Virus record (IMG/VR): IMGVR_UViG_3300032305_002044 | Coordinates: 29,417 to 93,416 of that record | Direction: 5' to 3' (one strand) | Origin: a virus | Taxonomy: Duplodnaviria; Caudoviricetes | Length of the DNA: 64,000 nt | Shown here: positions 19,397 through 28,498 of the stretch, piece by piece | Position numbering within the stretch: position 1 is the stretch's first letter | How the letters are laid out: each line of letters begins with the position of its first letter | Translations under genes and position numbers: made by a program | The notes under the pieces: generated by a model | The model's input: only the letters and a program-made list of their open reading frames with translations | Told to the model about the DNA's origin: nothing | The model's database searches: none

Positions 19397-19911
19397 TGAG
19401 TAGAGCGTTTACACCTGGCGGTAGGTTTGATACCGATTTTGAGCATTCCGAAATACACGATGCCATTACCAAAGACCTAACTAACCCAGTAGGTACTGAG
19501 GTTTTGTGGTACAGATTTAATGCTGCGGCTACCGTAGTTGACCCAATTTATGACGTTGGCAGTAGCGCTGGCGTAGGCCGTCAATGGTATTCCCCAGTTA
19601 CCCTACCTGTTATTAGGGCGGTTATTAAGCATGGAACTGTGGAGCACAGCCACGAGGGTTTCTACAACGCTGACGCTGTACACCTTACTATTGATAAAGA
19701 AGAACTTTCTAGACTACTTCCGACAGTATTTAATAACCCTGACCCATTAAATCGTGACCGTATTATTTGGCAAAACCAGGTTTACCGACCACTTTTGTCT
19801 CAGCTACGTGGTATTGTATTAGAGAAGTTTACCGTGGTCTCTTTGGATTGTCGTCAGATTATGCCCGAAGAAATGGTCAACGACTCTCAATTTCAAGCTT
19901 ACGCAAACTAG
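19396..19911 (+). CDS. putative head closure/neck protein
   Basis: Position; DPIYDVG...W..P..LPV; DRIIWQNQVY beta-barrel pattern. Confidence 0.6.
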   Translation: MSRAFTPGGRFDTDFEHSEIHDAITKDLTNPVGTEVLWYRFNAAATVVDPIYDVGSSAGVGRQWYSPVTLPVIRAVIKHGTVEHSHEGFYNADAVHLTIDKEELSRLLPTVFNNPDPLNRDRIIWQNQVYRPLLSQLRGIVLEKFTVVSLDCRQIMPEEMVNDSQFQAYAN

Positions 19912-19919
19912 GAGTTATT

Positions 19920-20090
19920 ATGTGCGCACCGTGTGGATGTGGAAAGAAAAAAGGCGAGCCTGGTTACGGCAAAGGTAAGGGAGCAGCAAAGAAGCTATCC
20001 CCAAAGCAAAGCAAGATTGCTGGAAAAGCTGGTAACCCAAATAAAATTGAGGCTGCTGATTTAGCCGCACTACGAAAGAAGAAAAAGTAA
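19920..20090 (+). CDS. small Lys-rich protein with MCxxCGC start
   Basis: AGGAG RBS before ATG 19920; MCAPCGCGKKK...LRKKKK. Confidence 0.75.
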   Translation: MCAPCGCGKKKGEPGYGKGKGAAKKLSPKQSKIAGKAGNPNKIEAADLAALRKKKK

Positions 20091-20206
20091 TGTGCGCAAC
20101 CTGTGGCTGTGGCGCCCCAAAGAACAAGCACGGTGAAAAAACACTAGCCGCTGCTAATAAAAAATTTGCTAAGAAAACTACTACTAAGAAAGCTGGTAAG
20201 AAATAA
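20090..20206 (+). CDS. 38-aa Lys-rich protein with MCxxCGC start
   Basis: MCATCGCGAPKNKHGEKTLAAANKKFAKKTTTKKAGKK; TAATG-coupled at both ends; not in the track. Confidence 0.75.
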   Translation: MCATCGCGAPKNKHGEKTLAAANKKFAKKTTTKKAGKK

Positions 20207-20418
20207 TGTGTAAAAAATGCGGTAAGGCAAAGTGTGCATGCGGTCCAATGAAGGCTGCTGACAAGAAGCAAGATGCCAAAGCAATGAAGGGCATGTCCCC
20301 AGCTCAAAAAGCTAAGTTTGAAAAAGAAGATAAGAAAATGGACAAGAAGCCAATGTCTCGTAAAGAAGACACTAAGAAAGACAGCGCTCTTGCCAAGAAG
20401 ATTAAGGGTAAGAAGTAA
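20206..20418 (+). CDS. small Lys-rich protein with MCxxC start
   Basis: MCKKCGKAKCACG...; TAATG-coupled. Confidence 0.75.
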   Translation: MCKKCGKAKCACGPMKAADKKQDAKAMKGMSPAQKAKFEKEDKKMDKKPMSRKEDTKKDSALAKKIKGKK

Positions 20419-20708
20419 TGGCAATTGTATGTGCAGCATTTACTGTAGCAACTACGCCTACTTTAATTGCAGAAATTCCTGAGGGAAACCCAAGCACCGC
20501 AGTTCAAATATCTAATACCGATTCAGCCGCTCTATTTTTAGGTACTAATTTAGTAGACCATAGTACAACTGCTAACAGAGGCGTTAGAATGAACCAAAGT
20601 ACTAACCTGCAACTTTGGTTAAACGCGGGAGACAAACTTTACGCTATATCGGGCGCTGGCACTTCTACTAACGCTGTTAGTGTTTTGTTTTCTAAAATTG
20701 TTGGCTAA
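20418..20708 (+). CDS. small beta-sandwich virion protein
   Basis: VQISN...LFLG...G......L.L..GDKLYAI pattern. Confidence 0.65.
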   Translation: MAIVCAAFTVATTPTLIAEIPEGNPSTAVQISNTDSAALFLGTNLVDHSTTANRGVRMNQSTNLQLWLNAGDKLYAISGAGTSTNAVSVLFSKIVG

Positions 20709-20962
20709 TGGCTAAAACAGAAGGGTATTTTGATACCAACCCGTATCGTAATTCAAAGTGCCCGTCTTGTAGTAAAAGACGGAATAGCTTTGGCAGGTGC
20801 ACAGACGATAGCTGCAGTAAAGACTATGTAAAGGCTTCTTGCGGGGGCTGCGGTCGGGATAAGATGCAGTCTTACCATAAGGCGGACTCTACTTTTCCTA
20901 AGCCAGACCTGGACATGCGCCCTTGCAGAGTGTGTAACTCTAGAGAAGTTACGTATAACTAA
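20708..20962 (+). CDS. Zn-finger hypothetical protein
   Basis: CPSC, CxxxxC, CGGC and CRVC pairs. Confidence 0.65.
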   Translation: MAKTEGYFDTNPYRNSKCPSCSKRRNSFGRCTDDSCSKDYVKASCGGCGRDKMQSYHKADSTFPKPDLDMRPCRVCNSREVTYN

Positions 20963-20971
20963 GACTGATTT

Positions 20972-20993
20972 AGCGGGCGAAAGCCCGCTTTTT
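20972..20993 (+). terminator. intrinsic terminator
   Basis: AGCGGGC-GAAA-GCCCGCT-TTTT (GNRA loop). Confidence 0.85.
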
Positions 20994-21077
20994 CATTTAT
21001 CCTTATAAGTAGTTCCACTGCAGGAACTGAACTACCCACTGCGAATACCCCTGCTACTCCTACAAGGAGATTTACCA

Positions 21078-21206
21078 ATGGCTAATGAGAACATATCTCA
21101 AGGCTCTTTCTCTGATTTTTATCAGGGGGCAGTTTCAGGCGATTCCACAATGGTAAATATGTTAGCTTATTACTTGGGTGTTCTACGCGGTGGGGGAATG
21201 CGTTAA
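21078..21206 (+). CDS. 42-aa hypothetical protein
   Basis: AAGGAG RBS; MANENISQGSFSDFYQGAVSGDSTMVNMLAYYLGVLRGGGMR; TAATG-coupled to the next gene. Confidence 0.65.
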   Translation: MANENISQGSFSDFYQGAVSGDSTMVNMLAYYLGVLRGGGMR

Positions 21207-21832
21207 TGTTTTTATTAGCTGAGGACGCTGCTCTTAAATCTTATTTATCAGGCATTACGGTTGCCGATGAAAAAAACCCAACCCGCTCAGTAGGTGTATG
21301 GTTTGGCTACCCTGATGTAGAAATTCGTGAGCAAACCTATCCTTTTATTACTCTTGATTTACTTTCTGTGCGCAACGCTGTTGAGCGCCAGATGTCTGGG
21401 GAAATCTATGATGGCAATTACGCAGGCACAATAGCCCCTGTAAATAATAGGTTTTATAAGTATGAAGTACCAGTTGCTTATGATTTATTGTATCAAGTAA
21501 CCTCTTACTCCAGACACCCGCGGCATGATCGCGCTATAATTTTTCAGTTAAGCCAAAAATTTCCTGGCATGCGTGGGCACTTACCTGTTCCAGATGACTT
21601 GGGAACATCCATAGCTTATCGCCATATGTTCCTTGAGAACACAATGAAAAGCGATAAAGCCGAGGGTGAGAACGGAAATAAAAGACTTTTACGTAATATT
21701 TATACCATCAGAGTGATGAGTGAAATGACTCCTCCAACCGCTGCCCCTACTTATATTCCTGGTGTAACAACCGTTTTGGTGAACCGACAGAATACTCCTA
21801 CAGTTCCCGCAAATAAAACAATCGTTAAATAA
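21206..21832 (+). CDS. tail terminator/completion protein
   Basis: Directly before the sheath; YPFITLDL and PVAYDLLYQVTSYSR motifs. Confidence 0.7.
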   Translation: MFLLAEDAALKSYLSGITVADEKNPTRSVGVWFGYPDVEIREQTYPFITLDLLSVRNAVERQMSGEIYDGNYAGTIAPVNNRFYKYEVPVAYDLLYQVTSYSRHPRHDRAIIFQLSQKFPGMRGHLPVPDDLGTSIAYRHMFLENTMKSDKAEGENGNKRLLRNIYTIRVMSEMTPPTAAPTYIPGVTTVLVNRQNTPTVPANKTIVK

Positions 21833-21858
21833 CTATTAACCCTTTCTAAGGAGAAATT

Positions 21859-24039
21859 ATGGCTTACAATAAGCCTGGCGTGTACGTCGAAGAGACACTT
21901 ACACCTAACGTGCCTGTTGCCCCAACGGTTGCTGACTCAGTAGCAGCTTTTATTGGTAGAGCAGACCGTGGACCTACTGAAGTTGTAGGCGGTAACGTTG
22001 TTGGTATCCCTACTTTTGTTAACAGCTGGTCTGACTTTGTTAACAATTTTAGCTTTGGATCATCTCTTAACACTTTTAGTGGTGCAGGACTTGGCGTTAC
22101 AACTTCAGCAACTTCCGCTGCCTATGTAGCCAATACCCCTAACTCCGTAATTACTGTAGCTGCAACTACTAACGTAGTTGTTGGTATGACTGTTTCAGGA
22201 ACTGGTATTGAACCAACCGCAACGGTAACAAGTATTTCTGGAACAGATGTTACTTTGTCTCTACCAATTACAGCAACTGTTTCTGGAAATGTTAACTTTG
22301 CTAATAACTCCTTAAAATACGCAGTAAAGTCTTTTTTTGATAATGGTGGCGGTGGCGCTTATGTTCTTCGAGAAGTTAATACTGATGCGGTACGAGCCTC
22401 AGTTTCTTTTCGCGACAGTAGTGGCGCTATTACCCAAGCTTACAGCTGGCAGTTTGAAGCTATTTCTGCTAGTAAAGTAGTTAGAATTACTAGCGCTACT
22501 GCTGGTCAATTTACTGGCGCTCTTGTTGGTGACTCCGTTTCATTCTCAGGAGTTACTCTTACTAACTATCTTTTCCTTAATAGTAACCGCTGGGTTATTG
22601 CTGCTGTAGATGGCACTGGAACTACTTTAGACATTGTTTACAACGGCGCTAGCTTTGCTCAAGCATCTCAAGCTCTTGGTACCGCAATTGTTATTACTAA
22701 TGCTGTGGTTAGCGCTACTGCTTCTTTAACAGTTACGGCTAAAGATCACGGCGCATGGGGAAATAATGTATGGGTAGGTATTTACCCTAATAATAACGCT
22801 GGTTACTTTGACCTGCATGTTTTCTACTCAACTACTGCTACTACATCAACCGCACTTACTGATGTTAACCGAGTTGAACGATTTGTTAAGCTAAGCATGG
22901 ACACCACAGACGCTCGGTACGTAATTAATAACGTATCTTCTAAATGGATTACTGTTACAGATGCAGGCTCTGCCGCAACTGGATACGCGGACCTTCCTGC
23001 GTTTACAGGTACTTGGTCAACTTCACCAACAGCCGTAAGTATTAATAGCACTTCTGGAGCACTAAATTGGAACTCAATAGGCTTTGATACTAGTGTTGTT
23101 AGCGCCGCTCGTCTAGGCGTTACTAGTACTACCAATAATACTTTAGCTGGTACTGCTGGAGCTTCAGGTATTGCAACCCCAGTTGCTGCTACTACAACAA
23201 TTCCACGCCTTGATAGCTTGACGTTCCCGCTTATCCTTAATTTCCCTGCTAGGACTGATGCTACAACAGTTAATGCGTTAACCACATATGCAGCAACTCG
23301 TACAGATTCATTTGTAGTTATTGATACAAAAAATGATACTGTAACTAACACGCTTGCAGCAATTGCTGGATACACTACTAATCAAAATTATGGTGCTGTT
23401 TACTACCCTAATATTGTTATTGCTGAACCAGCTTCAACCACTGGGCAGACTAGGTTAATCCCGTCTGGTGGTGCAGTTGCGGCCCTGTACACAATTACAG
23501 ATACTTCTCGCGGCGTGTTTAAAGCGCCTGCTGGGTCTCAGACTCGAATATCCTCAGCGGTATCTGTGCAAGCATTAACTAGTGATGAGTTTAACCGAGT
23601 TGGAGGAACTACTCCAAACTTAAACATTATTCGTTTTGTTCCTGGAGCGGGTATCTGTGTTATGGGCGCTCGCACGCTTAAGAGTAACTCTTCAGATATT
23701 TATGTACCAGTTCGTCGCTCATTAAACTATCTATCGTATAACTTGCGTAGTATCACCCAATTTGCAGTGTTTGAACCTAATGATGCAAACCTTTGGTCTC
23801 GTGTAAATGCTGTAGTTACTGGTTTCTTGGATGACTTCTGGCGTGCAGGCGGATTGGCTGGGGCTTCTTCAAGCGCAGCCTATTTTGTTAAGTGCGATGA
23901 AACAATTAATACTCCTGCAGTAGTTAACGCTGGAGAACTTCGAATTGAGGTTGGTGTAGCTTTACAACGCCCAGCAGAGTTCGTAATTATTACAATTGGT
24001 CAAATTGATGGTGGCGCAACAGTCACCACTTCTATTTAA
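21859..24039 (+). CDS. tail sheath protein
   Basis: PGVYVEE, AAFIG...GP, GVFKAPAG, YVPVRR, FAVFEPN, AYFVKCDE..N, PAEFVII. Confidence 0.97.
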   Translation: MAYNKPGVYVEETLTPNVPVAPTVADSVAAFIGRADRGPTEVVGGNVVGIPTFVNSWSDFVNNFSFGSSLNTFSGAGLGVTTSATSAAYVANTPNSVITVAATTNVVVGMTVSGTGIEPTATVTSISGTDVTLSLPITATVSGNVNFANNSLKYAVKSFFDNGGGGAYVLREVNTDAVRASVSFRDSSGAITQAYSWQFEAISASKVVRITSATAGQFTGALVGDSVSFSGVTLTNYLFLNSNRWVIAAVDGTGTTLDIVYNGASFAQASQALGTAIVITNAVVSATASLTVTAKDHGAWGNNVWVGIYPNNNAGYFDLHVFYSTTATTSTALTDVNRVERFVKLSMDTTDARYVINNVSSKWITVTDAGSAATGYADLPAFTGTWSTSPTAVSINSTSGALNWNSIGFDTSVVSAARLGVTSTTNNTLAGTAGASGIATPVAATTTIPRLDSLTFPLILNFPARTDATTVNALTTYAATRTDSFVVIDTKNDTVTNTLAAIAGYTTNQNYGAVYYPNIVIAEPASTTGQTRLIPSGGAVAALYTITDTSRGVFKAPAGSQTRISSAVSVQALTSDEFNRVGGTTPNLNIIRFVPGAGICVMGARTLKSNSSDIYVPVRRSLNYLSYNLRSITQFAVFEPNDANLWSRVNAVVTGFLDDFWRAGGLAGASSSAAYFVKCDETINTPAVVNAGELRIEVGVALQRPAEFVIITIGQIDGGATVTTSI

Positions 24040-24052
24040 GGAAATATGAACA

Positions 24053-24712
24053 ATGGCTGAAACAACTAAAGTAGTTAACGTTATTGATAGCAGGTCTACA
24101 ATTGGCTCTGACCCTTTACGCAGGTTTAGGTTCCGCGCTGTATTTTCTCCTGCGCCTTCTGGAGGCACTGCTATTGGCACTGCGTTTGATCCTCGAATCA
24201 CGTCTTTTAGCGGTGGGTTTAATGCCATAAATGGCCTAGGTATTAAAGTAAATCCTATTGAATACCGTGAGGGTGGGTATAACACTACTACGCATAAGAT
24301 TCCTGGTCAGGCAACTTTTGATGATATTACGTTTTCTCGTGGCGCTTTATACGGCAATGACGGTGCTATTACTTGGATGCGCGGTTTATTTGCTGCTGCT
24401 TCTGGTGATGGAATTGGGTTAACAGCAGCAAATGGTGGAGGATTTAGATGCAACATTTCTGTGTTTTTAATGGACCATCCAAGCTCCGCGGCACTTACAA
24501 ACACTCCTCGTATAGGGTTTTTCATTCACAATGCTTGGATTAATACTCTTACATACAGCGGCCTTGATGCTGGTTCTAACGATCTTTTGTTTGAAGGTAT
24601 GACTCTTTCACACGAAGGTATCTCAATAGCAATGGTAGATGTTTCTTCAACTGGAACTATTTCAGCCTCAGCAGGCAACAAGATTCCTGCGGGATTCCCT
24701 GGTGCTACCTAA
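24053..24712 (+). CDS. tail tube protein (T4 gp19-like)
   Basis: DPLRRFRF...GF..INGL....IEYREGG....KIPG...ITFSRG...NAW. Confidence 0.92.
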   Translation: MAETTKVVNVIDSRSTIGSDPLRRFRFRAVFSPAPSGGTAIGTAFDPRITSFSGGFNAINGLGIKVNPIEYREGGYNTTTHKIPGQATFDDITFSRGALYGNDGAITWMRGLFAAASGDGIGLTAANGGGFRCNISVFLMDHPSSAALTNTPRIGFFIHNAWINTLTYSGLDAGSNDLLFEGMTLSHEGISIAMVDVSSTGTISASAGNKIPAGFPGAT

Positions 24713-24751
24713 AATATAGTACAATAAACAAAACAATAATAAGGAGTATTA

Positions 24752-25552
24752 ATGGAATTTAGCGATCCAAATGCTATAGCTGCACTAGCTAAAGAATTTG
24801 AAAGCGCATCATTGGATGACACTAAAGTAGAAATTATTACCGAGGCGCCTTCAAGCAATGTGGTTAATTTGCCAGGAGGGTTTGTACTTAAAGACGGAAC
24901 TCTTGTCAAAAACGTTGAGATTAAAGAACTAAACGGGTTTGATGAAGAGGCTCTTGTTAAAACTACAACTTCTAATCGACTACTTCACACTGCGTTTACT
25001 AGAGGACTAGTTAGTGTTGGCAACGTACCAGTATTTGATGTGGATTTAGACACTATGCTTTCGGGCGATAGGGACGCTATTCTTCTTGGAATTCGTATTG
25101 CTACCTTCGGTAAAGATGTTGAGTACTCAGCTTCTTGTCCAAAGTGCTTAGAGTCCCAAACTTTTGTTATTGATTTAACTACAGATGTTGAAACCAGACA
25201 GCTTACCGAACCTATTAGTGACAGAGTTTTTTCGGTTAAACTTAAAAACGGTGAAGCAATAGTAACGCTTCCTAACGGCATTACTAATAAAAAACTATTA
25301 GACGCGGACGATAAGTCCACATCTGAATTAGTAACTATTGTGCTATCAGGATGCATAGTCAGTATTGATGGGATGCCATCTTTAGGGGTACAAACTGCCC
25401 TTAATCTTGGTATTTTAGATAGAGAAGCTATTGTCTCTGCTATATACAAAAGAACCCCAGGCCCACGCCTTGGGGAGGTGACAAAGGCTTGCAAGGCATG
25501 TGATAATGAAGTTCCATTACCACTAAGTCTGGCTAGTTTATTTCAATTATAA
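24752..25552 (+). CDS. tail assembly chaperone / baseplate hub assembly protein (T4 gp26-like)
   Basis: VEIKELNG.DEE, GDRDAILLGIR, CPKC and CKAC; lies between tube and tape measure. Confidence 0.8.
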   Translation: MEFSDPNAIAALAKEFESASLDDTKVEIITEAPSSNVVNLPGGFVLKDGTLVKNVEIKELNGFDEEALVKTTTSNRLLHTAFTRGLVSVGNVPVFDVDLDTMLSGDRDAILLGIRIATFGKDVEYSASCPKCLESQTFVIDLTTDVETRQLTEPISDRVFSVKLKNGEAIVTLPNGITNKKLLDADDKSTSELVTIVLSGCIVSIDGMPSLGVQTALNLGILDREAIVSAIYKRTPGPRLGEVTKACKACDNEVPLPLSLASLFQL

Positions 25553-25574
25553 AATTGAACATTACGTTGATTTA

Positions 25575-25685
25575 ATGGACTCCTACGAAATAATAATCCG
25601 AGCATTTACTGGTTGGAGCCTCAGCGATGTGCGCTCTCTTTCCTACAGGGAAAGAAAAAACTGGCTATTACGAGCTACTAGATAA
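25575..25685 (+). CDS. chaperone C-terminal extension (probably made by +1 frameshift)
   Basis: MDSYEIIIRAFTGWSLSDVRSLSYRERKNWL; frame is open back to 25527 and overlaps the end of the upstream gene in +1. Confidence 0.7.
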   Translation: MDSYEIIIRAFTGWSLSDVRSLSYRERKNWLLRATR

Positions 25686-25693
25686 GGATTATC

Positions 25694-27178
25694 ATGGCAG
25701 ATAGTGAAGAGATTATTGAACGGCGGGCAAGTAATGCTGCCATGGCGCGGTTAGAACGTGCTATAACTTCTTTAACAAGTCAATTTGCCTCAAGTAACAG
25801 CTCTCCGTCTAGCAGCGGTGGTGGTGTTAGCGCAGCTGCTCCATCTTTTGGTACTGCGGGCGGAGCTCCTAGCCCTCCTCGTTTTACTAACTATACTGAC
25901 CGTCAAAACTTTACTAAGATATTAACTTCTTTTGGTAATGGCGCGCTTGGCCTTGCTGGCGCGGTGTCTATGGCCTTACCTACTACTCAAGAAGCGGTAG
26001 ATGTCCAAGCACTAGCTAATCGTATGCGGTTCTATGGAGGAACTAACTACAGTACTGAAGCCAAAGCAATGAAGGCTCAGCTACAAACTTCTCTTATGGG
26101 CACTGCGACTAGCCCTGAAGATTCCGCTCTTGCATCTAATTATGCATCACAAAGAGGCTTAATGCCTGGGTTAGCAAACTTTGGTGTGGGCAAAAACTAT
26201 ACAGGTATTATGGGAGGCGCTGCCCTTGCGTCTAACTTAACTCCAGGTCTTGGTATTACAGGTGGCGTAGGGGTTATGGCAGGCCTTAACGATCCTAAAC
26301 TAGTTAACATGTCACGCATGTTTGGTATCCAAACGCGTAATAAAGAGGGCACTGGCATGGTAGATTTGCCACAAATTATTAAACAACTTTACGATATTTT
26401 AGCTAAAGCAGGACCTGTTACTCCAGAGAATATAGCTATTTCTGCTATGCCAGGTAACGCTCTTGATAGCATTCTTAATCAGTACTTTGGATTAGACCCT
26501 AATGTTAGAAGCACAGTACTTGCTGGTATTACCCAGTTAGCTAAAAACAAAGGTTCAGTTAGCTCTTTAACTAGCAAAGCAGCTCTTACAACGTCAGGCG
26601 CATCTACTGATGCTATTGCCTCTACTGGATATAGAGCCTCAACTGAATTAAGTTTGCTTCAAGCATATGCTGGTCGCACAACAACAAACCTCATTGGCAC
26701 TAACAATATTCTTAATGATATTTATAAAGGCGTAGCCAAGACTGCAACTGGTAAGGGCGTTGAAGATAAAGCAGTACAAATGATTTCAAACCTTTCAACT
26801 ATCCTTGAAACATTTGGCGGTGCAAGAAATGGCGCTGGGCAACTACTTGTTGACACTATGTTTGATCTTACTGGAGATGCTGCAACAGGAGCATTTAAAG
26901 GCCTACAAAGCGGAAAATTTTTGGGCAAAGCTCTTACAGTTGGTGGCATTGGATTAGGGGCGTATGGTGGGTACAAGCTTAATCAAAAATTTAGCAATAG
27001 TTTTGCTGACGGCACCGTAAGAAATCCACTTGGTATAGGGACCGAGACTGGGGTACAGCCAACAAATCCAGGCCAACTATTTACTGGCGCAATCACCATT
27101 AACGTGTCAGCTCCTTTAGGTCAAGACCCATACGCGTTTGCTTCGGCAATTACTAAGTCATTAAGCGCGGCGATGTAG
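25694..27178 (+). CDS. tape measure protein (short)
   Basis: Position after the chaperones; Ala/Gly-rich helical; C-terminal ITINV. Confidence 0.75.
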   Translation: MADSEEIIERRASNAAMARLERAITSLTSQFASSNSSPSSSGGGVSAAAPSFGTAGGAPSPPRFTNYTDRQNFTKILTSFGNGALGLAGAVSMALPTTQEAVDVQALANRMRFYGGTNYSTEAKAMKAQLQTSLMGTATSPEDSALASNYASQRGLMPGLANFGVGKNYTGIMGGAALASNLTPGLGITGGVGVMAGLNDPKLVNMSRMFGIQTRNKEGTGMVDLPQIIKQLYDILAKAGPVTPENIAISAMPGNALDSILNQYFGLDPNVRSTVLAGITQLAKNKGSVSSLTSKAALTTSGASTDAIASTGYRASTELSLLQAYAGRTTTNLIGTNNILNDIYKGVAKTATGKGVEDKAVQMISNLSTILETFGGARNGAGQLLVDTMFDLTGDAATGAFKGLQSGKFLGKALTVGGIGLGAYGGYKLNQKFSNSFADGTVRNPLGIGTETGVQPTNPGQLFTGAITINVSAPLGQDPYAFASAITKSLSAAM

Positions 27179-27179
27179 C

Positions 27180-28217
27180 ATGGCTATACCACCCCCAGGC
27201 GGATTTGAAGGTTACAGAAACCCAGGTGTTACGGGTACGGGTGCTATAGGCGACGAAAAAAACCCAGGCGGTACAGGCACTTCAAAAGTAATTAATGCGG
27301 CTGCCTCTCCATGGATTGGGGCAGATGCTAAAACAAGTACACAAAGCGGTCTTGGTTTAAATGGCTACCAATGGAACTTACCTCCACATAAATGGAGTCT
27401 TCCTGTAGAACCCTCTTTAGATGACATGGTTATAGACCCTGCTACTAGAGCAATTGGAGCCACTCATAAGTACCGCCGTGGTCGCATTTATTGGTATGCA
27501 CGCGTTGATAACACGTACGTTAACAGCAATAATTATAATTACGGTGGCAAAGACGATCCTAGATACGGATTTCAATTTATGTGGAACCCTACTGAGTTTA
27601 ATACTTCAGTAGCAGTTAACATGAGTGTTACGCCTACGTTTGCTGATAAATTTGCTACTGTAGTTGGCGCATTCCCTAGCGGTCAAGCTTTAAGTTTACA
27701 GATAGCTCTTGATAGAACTAATGACTTTGCGTGCTTAAACTCTTTAAACCTTAACGCTAGTGATTTACAATCAATTAGTTCACTAAACAACCCTACGGCA
27801 TTTAATGCTAAAGATAATAAAGCTATTACTGAAGCCGCAACTACATTTGCCTCAAGTACATTTGCGTCTACTTTGGGATACACACCTGGTCACTCTTTTG
27901 ATCAGGGGTTTGCAGAAACTCTTATTAGTAAAGTATTAAATTTAGCTAGATACGGAACTACTGCAGATATTGAATATATCTACAAAGCCATTAATGGTCC
28001 TGGTTGGACAAACGTAGCTACAGGTAGGGAGTCTTCTGAAATTGGATTTCTTCGCCCTACACTTTTACGCATTGATTTAGGGCCATTAAGTTACTTAGGA
28101 TACGTCAGCGCTATGAATGTAAGCCATACCAAATTTACTAAAGGAATGATACCTATGGCATCTACTATTGATTTGCAGTTTAACCTTATGGCTACTGCAG
28201 GATTGTCGAGTCAATAA
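27180..28217 (+). CDS. tail tube initiator / baseplate-tube cap protein
   Basis: YGFQFMWNPT...; YLGYVSAMNVSHTKFT..MIP...IDLQF, a contractile-tail initiator motif. Confidence 0.75.
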   Translation: MAIPPPGGFEGYRNPGVTGTGAIGDEKNPGGTGTSKVINAAASPWIGADAKTSTQSGLGLNGYQWNLPPHKWSLPVEPSLDDMVIDPATRAIGATHKYRRGRIYWYARVDNTYVNSNNYNYGGKDDPRYGFQFMWNPTEFNTSVAVNMSVTPTFADKFATVVGAFPSGQALSLQIALDRTNDFACLNSLNLNASDLQSISSLNNPTAFNAKDNKAITEAATTFASSTFASTLGYTPGHSFDQGFAETLISKVLNLARYGTTADIEYIYKAINGPGWTNVATGRESSEIGFLRPTLLRIDLGPLSYLGYVSAMNVSHTKFTKGMIPMASTIDLQFNLMATAGLSSQ

Positions 28218-28498
28218 TGGCTATCCGCGCAGGCTCCAGATACGAAACTTCGGTTGTAGATTATTTTAGAAAAGTAGAGAACGGTCAAACGTTTCCAATT
28301 GTGTTTTACAATTTTGATTACTTAAACTCAATATCTTTTGTTCCTCATACTTTTGTTGAAGGTGAAACATTAACAGGGTTATCTTGGAGATACTTTAACC
28401 GCCCAGATTTATGGTGGGCTATTGCCGAGTACAACCCAGAAATTAAAGATTTTATTAATATTCCTGGTGGAACGGTATTAAGAATCCCTAATGTTTAA
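28217..28498 (+). CDS. LysM-like baseplate protein (gp53/tail X-like)
   Basis: GETL..LSWRYF..PDLWWAIAEYNP.......PGGTVLRIP. Confidence 0.85.
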   Translation: MAIRAGSRYETSVVDYFRKVENGQTFPIVFYNFDYLNSISFVPHTFVEGETLTGLSWRYFNRPDLWWAIAEYNPEIKDFINIPGGTVLRIPNV

